Of a DNA stretch of 64,000 nt, positions 21,801 to 31,393 are shown piece by piece. Under the pieces are notes generated by a model, which saw nothing but the letters and a program-made list of their open reading frames with translations, was not told where the DNA came from and ran no database searches. Every line of letters begins with the position of its first letter. Position 1 is the first letter of the stretch. The stretch is from a virus. Its lineage: Duplodnaviria > Heunggongvirae > Uroviricota > Caudoviricetes. The stretch lies in IMG/VR virus record IMGVR_UViG_3300042519_000302. One strand, given 5' to 3'. The translations under genes and the position numbers were made by a program.

Positions 21801-22390
21801 TACTGAGCTTGTAAATAGTTTGTACCAGTTCCATAAGGATTACCTAATTGTCCTGGTTGCACTAATGAATCTTCTGGTCTAACATATTGATTCTTAGGTG
21901 GTTTCATTGTTTGTTGAGCTTGTAAAGAAAGTCCTGATAACTCAGCACTTTGTTGTGATTTCTTCTGTGCTTTCTTTTGTGCAGCAATTGCTTCGATACC
22001 ACCAATGACCTTACCTATTCCTTGTAGACCAGCCATACCTGCAGCACCTGCATCAAATCCTCCAGCACTAGATGCTTTAGGAGTTAAAGCTTCTGTATCA
22101 GCTTTGGTAACAAATCCTTTTGCACTATCAAACATTCCTGTAGAAGAATTATATGTAGCTTGTGAGGTTCCTAATCCTGGAACACCACTTAACCAAGTAC
22201 CATCTTGAGCAATAGGAGGATTACCAAAATCAGTTAACTGATGTAACTGATCATTAACCATCTTACTACCCATGGCAGCTTTCTTAAATGCTTTACCATG
22301 AGCTTTCATAAACGCTTCCTCTGATGGATACTTCTTATAGAACTCCTTCTCAGATTTAACTTTAGCTATCTTTAACATTTGGTCTTTCAT
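18818..22390 (-). CDS. 1190-aa Gly/Ala/Gln-rich low-complexity virion protein. It has glycine-zipper-like hydrophobic segments and a KGKGKGK stretch, and is a candidate internal/ejection or tape-measure-like protein.
   Basis: Long ORF in the cargo block. The composition call is from the translation; the function is inferred. Confidence 0.5.
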   Translation of the reverse strand: MKDQMLKIAKVKSEKEFYKKYPSEEAFMKAHGKAFKKAAMGSKMVNDQLHQLTDFGNPPIAQDGTWLSGVPGLGTSQATYNSSTGMFDSAKGFVTKADTEALTPKASSAGGFDAGAAGMAGLQGIGKVIGGIEAIAAQKKAQKKSQQSAELSGLSLQAQQTMKPPKNQYVRPEDSLVQPGQLGNPYGTGTNYLQAQYGAQIGGNPTEIQNMYNPGDLYSDLGYEPLNDSNVKQFQKGGKLISRDKINIDSYGNQGTAFRDIFQNPNMTQDTTYAYDSPTAMLRYNTNSGNPNAYVGGRGGFTSAQPDSLAKYKQLLSSPFNSDEPGGMRKLASGKYEYGGDLPKAEFGEYFQDSGQAQIGSAVGGAVAQGFGLPPAVGELVGKVAGNLLGGAKDARKLQAQKDKTALNTSMMGFEQARSQGPLNANLEHGGWVSHDWQPQVFAKFGEYDAKDLLKPPHDADMLRAGGHIAQVGYTAPSAEAMFTGRPDMPKAFAGLAMAAPMMGLNMAAAYGIDKIGRSRLKNMLQEAPMLLGAMEHGGKMALGGELQIGDGGYAETLSYNPNLPGGEIGMFRGASHDNGGIQTQYGENGVEVEGGEPFTVLEDNGSEDGNNLEGGGSKENLVVFGNIKINKEIADLMGDPKAKGKKFKTYIADVAKNDAKQLKTIQKGLDLIEEYDGNSSYDKLGMNSGMANLMGAKAQQKINADKIKEAGLVQDSIHQTARQLGVKSDKLAEGKLEKETDPSMIAQKGVELPNGPLDGVIRKSYNAQPPLFARMLGAKAISEDPNNYNAQMLQQLLNQEMYKGPSQATTVTPFTKENTLTKAFIESNRSKTPPAKLAASSSSKGKGKGKTKSQEYIPPTAVNLTDSRQDNYTWNTPQDLPNVSSNVLPNVSSSNVPEAFSEIGNDKTFAGKALQFLGKGINKYGPTLLSNIEPYLRPSNANDDLPPDQLYPEYYAMAMNQLEPVQAQKFQPMLDTPYDISLNDQINAIDSQARAAIRAGGNNPAAQSIIMAQAIEAKNRVLGEQTRVNQANKMGVYDKNRAMLNDAQLKNLGILDQQYVRQSEAKSNTKAQTQAALSSIADKTAKQRATNRKLAIMENMYGFRFSPSGRAINMNAPAQFNMSGSMAGTSQRGLAPGLGYTYDDQQQIIGTRRIPKSGQPSIDELDGLGKNGKKIKARNSSIVKALKNF

Positions 22391-22410
22391 ATTATACTCT
22401 ATTGTATGAT

Positions 22411-24363
22411 TTATTTATATTTGTTTAACCAGCCACCACCTTGCATTTTTTGTTTGCTATTAATATAGTCCTGACCATACTTAGGAACTCCCATTCTTTG
22501 ATAGTCTTCTGGTCTTATATATTCTACTGTACCATCTTTCTTTCTAACTCCCACCAATGCACCTCCACCACCACCAGGTGTTTGAGCCATAACAGATTCT
22601 CCTTCATATTCATATAAAGGTTTTGGTTGAGGAGTTGGTTGTTGAGGAATAAATTGTTTTGTAACTACTGGAGCTGGTTCAGGTTTTAGTTCAGGTTTTG
22701 GTGTAGGCTTTGGTATAGGTTTTGAAACTGGTTTCTGTATAGGTTTTGTAACTGTTTCTTTTATACCACTATCTTTTCCATATCTTTTAATTCTAAGTGC
22801 TCTCTCCTCTGGAGTAAGCATACTCACTGGTTTTACTAATACTGGATCATATGTCATTATTTCAACTCCATCTCCTTTCATTGAATCTAATGTATTAATA
22901 TTTTCATAACCTATAGACAAAGTAGGAGTAATTCTTTTATCAAATAATTGCATAGGTGCTCTTGTGTCTAAAATATGTTGTGCAATTTCTCTTTGAAAAT
23001 ATTTGTTTTTATCTATTTCTTTATAATATAAACTTAATGGAAGATTTGTAACCCATCCTGCATCTCCTGTATCTTTGCTATTAGTCATAGGAACCATTCT
23101 CTGATTACTCTTACGATTTAACTCATTAAAAAGACTTACACCACCTTGATTAATTTTTAAAACATACTCATTGAAAATTTTATTATTTCCAAGATAGGAT
23201 TTATCAGTTTCTTTATAATTTTTAGAATTGTAATAATCCATAACTTTTTTAGAATTATCATACAAAGCAAGACTATCTGCTTGTGTAGGAATGTTTTTTC
23301 CTAGTTGAGCCATTGGGTATTCTACTACCTTCTCACCATCAAACTTATAATCTTGACCAGGTTGCATCATCTTTGTATCACCTGTATCAGATACACCAAG
23401 TACAGGATATTCAACTCCCTGCATAGTGATGTCATTAGAACCTATCTCTGTTATCTCACCTGGGTATGCTAACTGACCTCTATCATCTTTGATTACAGAG
23501 CCATTCTGAGCACTGGCTTTTGTCTTCTTAGCATACTTACCATTACTAGGAGCAGGGTCTTGTGTACGTGCGTATGTGAATCCTACAGCACCTGGTAGTG
23601 CACCACCCATTGCCATATCACCATAAAGTCTATCATATTGTTTACTACGTATATCTCTATATTCCTCTTCTAATTTAGGTGCAATAACTGAATGTGCTTC
23701 ATTTTCTACAGTGCCTGGAGTATTATAATTTTTTATGTATGCATCTAACCATCCCTTTTTAGTAAATATATCACTTGAATCTACATTCTTTAAAGTATTT
23801 ATTAAATCTTTACCAACAAAATCTTTTACAAAACCTACATTTCCTTTTTTATTTGCTTGAACTTTATGAGCTAATTCATGTAAAAATAGATCTTCTACTG
23901 GGTTACCATATTCATCACCATATTTTGGAATAGAAATATTCATAGAATCAGTGATAGGGTTATACCAAGCTGTATCCTTTTCTCTAATTGTATTTATTTT
24001 AGGAGCTCCATATTTACTATGCATTTGTTCTAATGCATTATAACCAGCTGTTGGGGTATTCCAATAATATTCATCTTGCCATTTTTCTGCATCTGTTCTA
24101 ACTTTATCAAAATAAGCTTTAGTACTAGGATCTTTATGTCCATATACAATTGCTTCAGGAAGAGTCAACTTACCACCATCCTGAAACTGTCCACCCCATG
24201 CAGGAGAGTAGTCTCTACCTTTAGTATTATATCCTAGTCCTACAAAGTCAGGACCTACAGATGCTTGGACATCATTAGGGTTAGGTCTCTTGCCATAGTT
24301 ATCCTTAGTCTTTTTCTTTAAGACTAAGCCTCCTTGTTCATATTTGTCTAACCAGTTTGCCAT
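22411..24363 (-). CDS. 650-aa protein with an HELAH (HExxH) zincin-like metallopeptidase motif at aa 162-166 (nt 23866-23880). It has a Pro/Lys-rich (PKP)n linker near the C-terminus and a 'WL(D/N)KY..GG' motif at both termini.
   Basis: I verified the motif against the DNA. The terminal motifs are MANWLDKYEQGG and QGGGWLNKYK. The peptidase assignment is tentative because only one motif is seen. Confidence 0.45.
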   Translation of the reverse strand: MANWLDKYEQGGLVLKKKTKDNYGKRPNPNDVQASVGPDFVGLGYNTKGRDYSPAWGGQFQDGGKLTLPEAIVYGHKDPSTKAYFDKVRTDAEKWQDEYYWNTPTAGYNALEQMHSKYGAPKINTIREKDTAWYNPITDSMNISIPKYGDEYGNPVEDLFLHELAHKVQANKKGNVGFVKDFVGKDLINTLKNVDSSDIFTKKGWLDAYIKNYNTPGTVENEAHSVIAPKLEEEYRDIRSKQYDRLYGDMAMGGALPGAVGFTYARTQDPAPSNGKYAKKTKASAQNGSVIKDDRGQLAYPGEITEIGSNDITMQGVEYPVLGVSDTGDTKMMQPGQDYKFDGEKVVEYPMAQLGKNIPTQADSLALYDNSKKVMDYYNSKNYKETDKSYLGNNKIFNEYVLKINQGGVSLFNELNRKSNQRMVPMTNSKDTGDAGWVTNLPLSLYYKEIDKNKYFQREIAQHILDTRAPMQLFDKRITPTLSIGYENINTLDSMKGDGVEIMTYDPVLVKPVSMLTPEERALRIKRYGKDSGIKETVTKPIQKPVSKPIPKPTPKPELKPEPAPVVTKQFIPQQPTPQPKPLYEYEGESVMAQTPGGGGGALVGVRKKDGTVEYIRPEDYQRMGVPKYGQDYINSKQKMQGGGWLNKYK

Positions 24364-25229
24364 TACTTATAAGAGATTTGAGCAGGTGTAATAATGAATT
24401 GAGAAACAATGTGAGCTATAGAACTGTTATCAAGGATATGTCTTACCTTTAAATCTTTAGCTCTTAATGGTTCTTTCTTAAATGATCTTTTTCCATAATC
24501 CATATTCACTTGATTTACAACCTTATCTATTGATAAAGACTCACAACTTGTTGTAAACAAAGGTAATGCTTTATTTTTAACTAACCCCCAGAAAGTATTA
24601 TATTGATAGAAATTATCTGACTTAGTATAAGTGATAGTTTTGCTTTCAGTATTGTAGATTGGATAAGTTAAGTATTGTCTTAAGTTATGCATTGGCTTAG
24701 GTACTAACTCTAACATACCTGTGGACTGTTGGCTATTGTATAATACAGCTTTGTTAAACCATTGATTATCAACAGCTATCTGAGCATTGTCATTAAACAC
24801 ACCATCTAGAATAGGTAGGTAGTTATATACCTTACTATAGTCTTTTACATTCTGAAGTATCTCATCATAGCTCTGATAAGAGAATGGATACTCAATGATA
24901 TAAGGTTCTACATTATCATAGTATTTATTATAGTGTACTACACTTGTTAAGTGTCTCCACATAGATGCTGTATTACATACATTGTATCTTAATGCAGCAA
25001 GGTCTTCTATAGTAGCAGTACCAATTGTAACTTCTAAAACTGTATGACACTTACCCACAGATGTTATAATAATCTTAGTAACAGCATCATCTACACTGAC
25101 AGTATACCCATCAATTAGATTTTGCTTAGTAATGTCAGTGCCCAAGACTGTCCCTAAGTTATCAGTGATATCAAAGGGTCCTGTTCTGCCACCTGAGCAT
25201 GTTAATCTTATTATTACTGTTTTAGACAT
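24363..25229 (-). CDS. 288-aa protein whose N-terminal ~65-aa 'TGPF' domain is paralogous to the N-terminus of the 282-aa protein at 33562-34410. Likely a tail/fibre-associated adaptor.
   Basis: I aligned the two N-termini by eye. They share TGPF(D/N), a K..L..GY(T/S) core, and an II.T.S.G.C pattern. Confidence 0.5.
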   Translation of the reverse strand: MSKTVIIRLTCSGGRTGPFDITDNLGTVLGTDITKQNLIDGYTVSVDDAVTKIIITSVGKCHTVLEVTIGTATIEDLAALRYNVCNTASMWRHLTSVVHYNKYYDNVEPYIIEYPFSYQSYDEILQNVKDYSKVYNYLPILDGVFNDNAQIAVDNQWFNKAVLYNSQQSTGMLELVPKPMHNLRQYLTYPIYNTESKTITYTKSDNFYQYNTFWGLVKNKALPLFTTSCESLSIDKVVNQVNMDYGKRSFKKEPLRAKDLKVRHILDNSSIAHIVSQFIITPAQISYK

Positions 25230-25263
25230 TCTTTTACATATTGTTTTTAACTAATATACATTA

Positions 25264-28200
25264 TCAAGGTGGTGTTAAAGTAGTTGTTGTACTAGTGGTA
25301 CTAGTTGTACTACTAGTAGTTGTTGTAGTAGTTGTACAATCTGTACAAGCTGCTGTTCCTTGTAATATACAAGGAGAATCTGTTACCACTGCTGTACCAG
25401 ATAGGTTACAGTAGTATATTACTGTTGTTGTAGTTGTAGTGGTAGGAGAAGGAATCTCTGTTACAGCCACTGCTGTGATATCACAACCTTCATTTAATCC
25501 TGAATAGAAGAAGTTGTTTTCTCCTATATAGAAGTTAGGTATGTAAGTATGAAAGCTCACCCAACTCTTAGTATTGAAGTTGAAAGATACTGTCCATGAT
25601 TTATTACAGAAATAGTTTAAATCTGTTACTTCAACATACCTTTTAACTGAAGTGTTTCCAGCTACAGGTTGATTTATATAAAACTCTTTAGACACTTCAT
25701 CATAGAATATGTTCTTATCTGGTTGAGGGATATAGTCTAACTTAGTGATAATCACTCTATCATACTTACTATCATACACACCATGAAGACCAATGTTTTT
25801 AAAATGATTGTCTATGTCAACAGTAGGATAGTATCTTAATATCTCAAATGACAAATGGTCTGTAAAGAACCTGTTAAGACCAGAACCATATCCAGATATG
25901 TCAGTTGCTTGGGTACCAGTTATTAAGAATATCTGACCTCTCTTAGCATCTACAGTTATTTGTCCTTGAGGTATCTTAAGTAAAAACTTATTCTGAGATC
26001 CTACATATCCAAGATCTGTTTCAGCATAATCTACAGGAGGTGGATTAATACTACTAAACAATGAAGGATTACCTAAATAAGCTGCTTGAGGATTGCTTGT
26101 ATCCATTGTTAACATGTTACCATATAACAATGTCTTGTTCTCAAATCTAGCTAACGTAGCTCTGTTCTGTATACCATCTAAAGATATTAAATTGCCATAG
26201 TTTTGAGGGAAGTCAAAGAAACTTATTGGACGATATATCAACCAGCTATTTATTCTATTGTCAGAATAACTTTCTTGTCTATCAGAGTATATTGCTCTGA
26301 ATGGAAAGTATGTATAACATAATTGTTGTTTCCAATCTGAAGGCAAATGAGAGAAGAAGTTCTCTGTATTTTGCTTAGAGAATGTTGTATTGTAATAGTA
26401 GGTGTTGTCAAATGTAATAGGCACCACTGATTCTTGGAACCAAGTATCAGGGATACCTGAGCTCACGTGTGGGTAGAAGTCACCTTCTAAGTTATTAAAG
26501 GCTTGACGTAAGTCTACATTGATAGAAGTTTCTACATAGTAGTAAGGAACACCATAAGCAAATGTATACATCTTACCATCATATACATAGTTTTGGTTAC
26601 CAAGTTGTGTAGTACCTGGAGCAGGTGTTGTAGAAGAAGTGGTGGTAGTAGTATTAGGATCATCTACTTTAGTATCATTAGGACAGTCTAGATAATGAGC
26701 TTTTACTGATATAATATTCTTCATCAAAGTACCACCTACATAATAGTCATACAATACAGATCTAGCAGAATACCAATATTGTGGGTATGCTACATTACCT
26801 ATCTCATCATAAAATATATCAGAATCATCTGGAGCTCCCACTCTATTATCAATAAAGAATGGTAGTTTAGTTTTGAATCCAAACTTACCAATAAATGTAT
26901 CTCCACCAAATACTACCTCAGAATCATTAGCAGGCAATGCTGCAAATATTCTTTGGAATCCTGTATCAATAGTTTGATATGAATATATCTGTCCCCATTG
27001 ACCATTGTTAATTGTCTTTATAGAACCATAATATGAAACAACCTTTATAGGTTCTTGAAACTCAGGAGTTCCACAATGTCCTCTTTGTGAAAGTGTAAAT
27101 CTTGAGTTATCACTAATCTGACTTGTTCCTGCTACGACAAGAGAGTTGGTTTGGTTAGGGTATGGTAAAGGTGCCACAAATGCACCATTTCTATTTTCAA
27201 TACTTTTAATGTAAACAGATGATTCTCTGTTCCAGTTATTAAGATCAAGATCATCTCCTACGTTCTGTACACCAGGGAATACGTATTGATATCTATCAAG
27301 GTCTCTTTGTTTAATTCCTTGATTGTTTTGAATATCTGCACTATAGTCATAGCTAGATATAGAGTTGAAAGAATATGCAAAGTTTCTTCTAGTAGCACCA
27401 TTTACATATATCTGTAAATAAGTTTGGTATGCTGTAAACATTGCTGTGGCACTAAATCCACCTAGATCAGCAATCTTTTTACTAGAGTTCAACGCATCTA
27501 TTTGTGCTTGTATAGTAAGAAGTCTATACATTGAATGTTTCTTCACTTGAACAAAGTGAGCTCTACCAGCTCCAAATAATACACTCTCTAGCTTAAGAAC
27601 AGATCCTAATGTAGGTTGTCCAAAAGAAGTTTCTGGTGAATTAAATACTTGTCTATATGGAGATTGAGCATTATTAAATCCATCTAGTTGTTCAGGAAAA
27701 CAATTCATGTTTACACTACTTCCTGAAACTATTGTAAATTTATCACAACCTGATACAAACACAGGAGTACCAATTGAATTAACTGTTGCTGAAGTGTTTC
27801 TGTCTACAACTATAAATTCTGTAACTAATGTAACAGGATTTTGATAACTAAAAGTAGCAGATGGAAAACCTAGACGTACTTGTACACTTATTATAAAAGT
27901 TTCAGGTGTAACATTTTGAAATGTAGCAGCACCAGTATTTACAACAGGAAGCGTAAGAGAACACACTTCAGTGGTTGCTGTAGTAAAGTCAAGACTAGTT
28001 ACTTCTCCTGTATTACAGTTTGTATATTGTAAAGCACCATTAACAGTAGCTGTAACTTTGTATGTATCACATTGAGACATATATGCATTACTATCCTGAA
28101 GTAAGAATGGATCTTTAGCAAGATCATTATATGGATAGTTAGGATAGTAGTATTCTGTTTCTTCTCTTTTATATTTACCTACGTTTCTTAATATACCTTT

Positions 28201-30015
28201 AGCAATAATAGATTTATTTGTAGATCTATTACCTCTAACTATTTTAAATCCAACAATAGCATCTTTCTCAGCATCTGTTAAGCTAGAAGATTGAATAAGA
28301 AATCCTACTTGTTGTACATCTATCTTTACACCTATTGGATAAATAGCGTTAGATGATTGCATCACTGGTTCTATTTGACCTCCAACATATGTAATAGGAG
28401 GAGTCTCAAAATAAGGAGATACTAATACATCAGGAAATTTGTGATGTCTAATTGGTTCACCAGCAAGATCTCCCCATACATCTACATTACAAGGATATGT
28501 ATCTGTGGATTCCCAATAAGAAAAGTCTCCAGATTGATATGGGTAGGCTTCTCCTATTTTACCAGCATCTCCTACAGGAACAGGATATGTAATTAATACA
28601 CTACCTGTATTATATATTTTCCAATAAGGAGCTACAGTTCCTTCTCCAATAAAGTCAGCATTAGTATTATACACAGGAGTTAAATCAGTAGAAAGTGCTG
28701 ATCTACCAGGGATATGGAAACCATCTGTTTGTTTACCATTATCTAACAAGAACACAATCTCAAAGGCATACACTTCATCTCTTAAATAACCTCTAAGATT
28801 AGCAGTGTAGAAACCATCAGCATATGTATTGTTAGCTGGTAACTTATATGTCTCCCATTGAAGTTGAATTTGACTAGCAATGCTTTGATAGTTAACTCTA
28901 TCAATAGAAGTAAGATTGTCCCAAACTATGACATCTTGTACGTTTGTAAGGTCTTGAGCAATTTCATAGTAAGGAAACTTCTCAAGTATATCAGCAAGAC
29001 TTAAAGGAATATTAGTTAAAGCTTGACCTGTATAAGTGATTGTTCTGTCTTTATCTTGGATATTATAAGTACCCATAAGTTCTACAGATGTACCACCATT
29101 TATAGTTTTAATAATAGCTATATTAAAATACTGGAAGTATCCTGTAATATCTATATTATTTATGTTTATTACAATAGATTTTCCTACAGAATATTGAAAG
29201 TCAGGTGTTGTTATTTCTGTGTTTGCAATTGATGTAGGATTAGTAATAGAGTAGTAGGACGTATACGCATCACCTGAAGCATTACAATATTGAATAGCAA
29301 ACTGATAGGTACCAGCTTGGATATCCCCACCTACAACAATATCAATAATGTCCAAGCTAGGAATGCTGAAGTTAGGTTGTACTTTTAACTTATTACAATC
29401 AAGAACAGGAGTAATTTGTGGATCACAGTTTTGATCACTAAGATATGCAGTGATATATGGAACTTGATCAATGTTAATATATCTTCTTGGATTAAGACCA
29501 TCTGTCCAATAAACTTCTGTAGTACAGTTTGTAATTTTATGTACAGCTTTATGAATAGGATAGTCAATGTTAAAGTTCAAACAAGTTGAATTTGCACAAA
29601 CTGTTAAATCTGTATCAGGGATTGGAGTACACAATGTACGATATACACAATCATTGTTTTCCATATATCCTATCTCACTTCCTCCTGTTTCAGGATTAGC
29701 TAAGAAGAATATGTGTTTATTTTTCTCTTGTATGAAATGTGTTCCAATAAGTTGATAGCCTTCAGGAAACTCTAGACAAGCTTCATTACCAGGCTCGTTT
29801 TGATAGTTTACAGAGTTAGCATCAAAGTTTTCTAATGCTGCGTTTAGGGCATAGGAAAGTTTACCCTTCTGTACTTGATTTACAGAAGAGTCCATATCTA
29901 GTCCAATTCTTCCAAGATTAAATTCTTGTTTTATGTTAGATGGTCCTTCTTGGTTATCTGCCATATCTTGAGCTTCTGTTTGGTAATTCATATTGTGCAA
30001 AACGTTGTAAGTCAT
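25264..30015 (-). CDS. 1583-aa large tail structural protein, a candidate tail spike, hub or muzzle-type protein. Its C-terminus is a Cys motif followed by a poly-Thr/Ser tail (CTDCTTTTTTTSSTTSTTSTTTTLTPP).
   Basis: Long ORF in the tail module. The Thr-rich linker is encoded by (ACT/AGT)n-like DNA that also appears in three other fibre genes. The true start may be an internal Met, since the annotated start overlaps the upstream gene by ~60 nt. Confidence 0.5.
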   Translation of the reverse strand: MTYNVLHNMNYQTEAQDMADNQEGPSNIKQEFNLGRIGLDMDSSVNQVQKGKLSYALNAALENFDANSVNYQNEPGNEACLEFPEGYQLIGTHFIQEKNKHIFFLANPETGGSEIGYMENNDCVYRTLCTPIPDTDLTVCANSTCLNFNIDYPIHKAVHKITNCTTEVYWTDGLNPRRYINIDQVPYITAYLSDQNCDPQITPVLDCNKLKVQPNFSIPSLDIIDIVVGGDIQAGTYQFAIQYCNASGDAYTSYYSITNPTSIANTEITTPDFQYSVGKSIVININNIDITGYFQYFNIAIIKTINGGTSVELMGTYNIQDKDRTITYTGQALTNIPLSLADILEKFPYYEIAQDLTNVQDVIVWDNLTSIDRVNYQSIASQIQLQWETYKLPANNTYADGFYTANLRGYLRDEVYAFEIVFLLDNGKQTDGFHIPGRSALSTDLTPVYNTNADFIGEGTVAPYWKIYNTGSVLITYPVPVGDAGKIGEAYPYQSGDFSYWESTDTYPCNVDVWGDLAGEPIRHHKFPDVLVSPYFETPPITYVGGQIEPVMQSSNAIYPIGVKIDVQQVGFLIQSSSLTDAEKDAIVGFKIVRGNRSTNKSIIAKGILRNVGKYKREETEYYYPNYPYNDLAKDPFLLQDSNAYMSQCDTYKVTATVNGALQYTNCNTGEVTSLDFTTATTEVCSLTLPVVNTGAATFQNVTPETFIISVQVRLGFPSATFSYQNPVTLVTEFIVVDRNTSATVNSIGTPVFVSGCDKFTIVSGSSVNMNCFPEQLDGFNNAQSPYRQVFNSPETSFGQPTLGSVLKLESVLFGAGRAHFVQVKKHSMYRLLTIQAQIDALNSSKKIADLGGFSATAMFTAYQTYLQIYVNGATRRNFAYSFNSISSYDYSADIQNNQGIKQRDLDRYQYVFPGVQNVGDDLDLNNWNRESSVYIKSIENRNGAFVAPLPYPNQTNSLVVAGTSQISDNSRFTLSQRGHCGTPEFQEPIKVVSYYGSIKTINNGQWGQIYSYQTIDTGFQRIFAALPANDSEVVFGGDTFIGKFGFKTKLPFFIDNRVGAPDDSDIFYDEIGNVAYPQYWYSARSVLYDYYVGGTLMKNIISVKAHYLDCPNDTKVDDPNTTTTTSSTTPAPGTTQLGNQNYVYDGKMYTFAYGVPYYYVETSINVDLRQAFNNLEGDFYPHVSSGIPDTWFQESVVPITFDNTYYYNTTFSKQNTENFFSHLPSDWKQQLCYTYFPFRAIYSDRQESYSDNRINSWLIYRPISFFDFPQNYGNLISLDGIQNRATLARFENKTLLYGNMLTMDTSNPQAAYLGNPSLFSSINPPPVDYAETDLGYVGSQNKFLLKIPQGQITVDAKRGQIFLITGTQATDISGYGSGLNRFFTDHLSFEILRYYPTVDIDNHFKNIGLHGVYDSKYDRVIITKLDYIPQPDKNIFYDEVSKEFYINQPVAGNTSVKRYVEVTDLNYFCNKSWTVSFNFNTKSWVSFHTYIPNFYIGENNFFYSGLNEGCDITAVAVTEIPSPTTTTTTTVIYYCNLSGTAVVTDSPCILQGTAACTDCTTTTTTTSSTTSTTSTTTTLTPP

Positions 30016-30910
30016 TTCTTACTCTTCTTTGCTTTGTCCATGGATCTTGCTTCTTAATCTCAATGTAAGCCATGATAAAGGCTTCTTCTGAAAGTTGCTT
30101 ATAGTAAGCTAACTTAGCTTGTATTTGATTAAATGTCTCATCATTAATTTGATTAGACAAGGTTTCAAAAACTTTATATTTAAGGAACGCTTCTATATAT
30201 TCTCTTACACGATAGTTATCAGGAATCAATTGATTACCTATAGCATCATAGTCTGTAGCATAAAATATCATGTGAACTATAGCACAGCTAAAGTTAGTGA
30301 CAAACTTATTGTCTCTAATATCAAAGCTATCATAACCAGCACTTCCTGGAGTAAACTCTTTCACAGGAGGAGCACTTGAATAGAATTGCCAAGCATCTGT
30401 ATAACTTACATCACACTTACCTTGACAAGATATATTACCTGGTTTTAATAGATATTCTTTTCTTATACCTCTAGCTACCTGTTGATTGGTTTTATATACA
30501 GCTTGGATGATATCAGGCATACACGTAGGACATCCTGTTGTACAATTAGGCTCTACACAAGGAACTCCACCACTAATTACAGGAGAGACTTGAATAGTAG
30601 TCTGAGAAGCAGCCTGAGCATAGAATGAGTTAGCTGTTTGATATGGACGTTGAGGCATCTCTGTACACATCCAAGCTTCTCTAACAGCAAAGAAGTTGTC
30701 AGGAAGTCTAGCTTCATATCCAGAGATATCTAATGTTTGTTCAGCAATGACATAACTTGACCTACCCATCTTTTGTAGACACTTGTCTAAATAAGTTGGG
30801 AACATCAAATCATCAACAGCTCCTGTGTCAAAATAAGATTTTAATTCTTCTTTAACAATAGAGTAGATTGGCTCAGGAGAGACAAAGTTGTATTTGTAAT
30901 AATATGCCAT
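29954..30910 (-). CDS. 318-aa Cys-rich protein (CVEPNCTTGCPTCMPD), function unknown.
   Basis: ORF in the operon frame series. The Cys cluster suggests metal-binding or disulfide-rich structure. Confidence 0.45.
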   Translation of the reverse strand: MAYYYKYNFVSPEPIYSIVKEELKSYFDTGAVDDLMFPTYLDKCLQKMGRSSYVIAEQTLDISGYEARLPDNFFAVREAWMCTEMPQRPYQTANSFYAQAASQTTIQVSPVISGGVPCVEPNCTTGCPTCMPDIIQAVYKTNQQVARGIRKEYLLKPGNISCQGKCDVSYTDAWQFYSSAPPVKEFTPGSAGYDSFDIRDNKFVTNFSCAIVHMIFYATDYDAIGNQLIPDNYRVREYIEAFLKYKVFETLSNQINDETFNQIQAKLAYYKQLSEEAFIMAYIEIKKQDPWTKQRRVRNDLQRFAQYELPNRSSRYGR

Positions 30911-30916
30911 ATTGTT

Positions 30917-31393
30917 TTAATTTTTCCATTCCCTGTAAAGGTGCTGGTATTTTTCGTCTGTGTTTATGTAATGGGACAACAATCTAGAAGTTGTACGAGA
31001 GGGTTTGAAATACCAAAGATTTATATTTCTGATTCTAGTAGATTCCTTAAACCACATCCAACCAAAGAAGTAACCTTCTGTATGGTAGTTGAAGTTGTAG
31101 ATGATCTTACCTTTTTCTTTGCTTCTTTTCCAATCAACTGGTAAGTTAACCATCTCTTTACCATCAACTGTTTTCATTTTCTTTCTCTTCTTTTTATTGA
31201 TAGAGAACTCACCAAAGCCAAAAGGAAGTCTTGCTTTTTCTCCTGTTTCTAGAATGTAGTTTTTGAAATGTTCATTATATTGATATATAATGTTTTTCCA
31301 CTGATCAAATGTAATTTTTACAGTGGGGGTTTTTTTGCAGAAGTTATTGTAGTTTTCTTTACTGGAGCTTCTCCAATCAATCTTGGTTCGCAT
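30917..31393 (-). CDS. 158-aa basic Lys/Trp-rich protein, function unknown.
   Basis: ORF with a TAATG coupling to the upstream gene at 31393. Confidence 0.45.
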   Translation of the reverse strand: MRTKIDWRSSSKENYNNFCKKTPTVKITFDQWKNIIYQYNEHFKNYILETGEKARLPFGFGEFSINKKKRKKMKTVDGKEMVNLPVDWKRSKEKGKIIYNFNYHTEGYFFGWMWFKESTRIRNINLWYFKPSRTTSRLLSHYINTDEKYQHLYREWKN

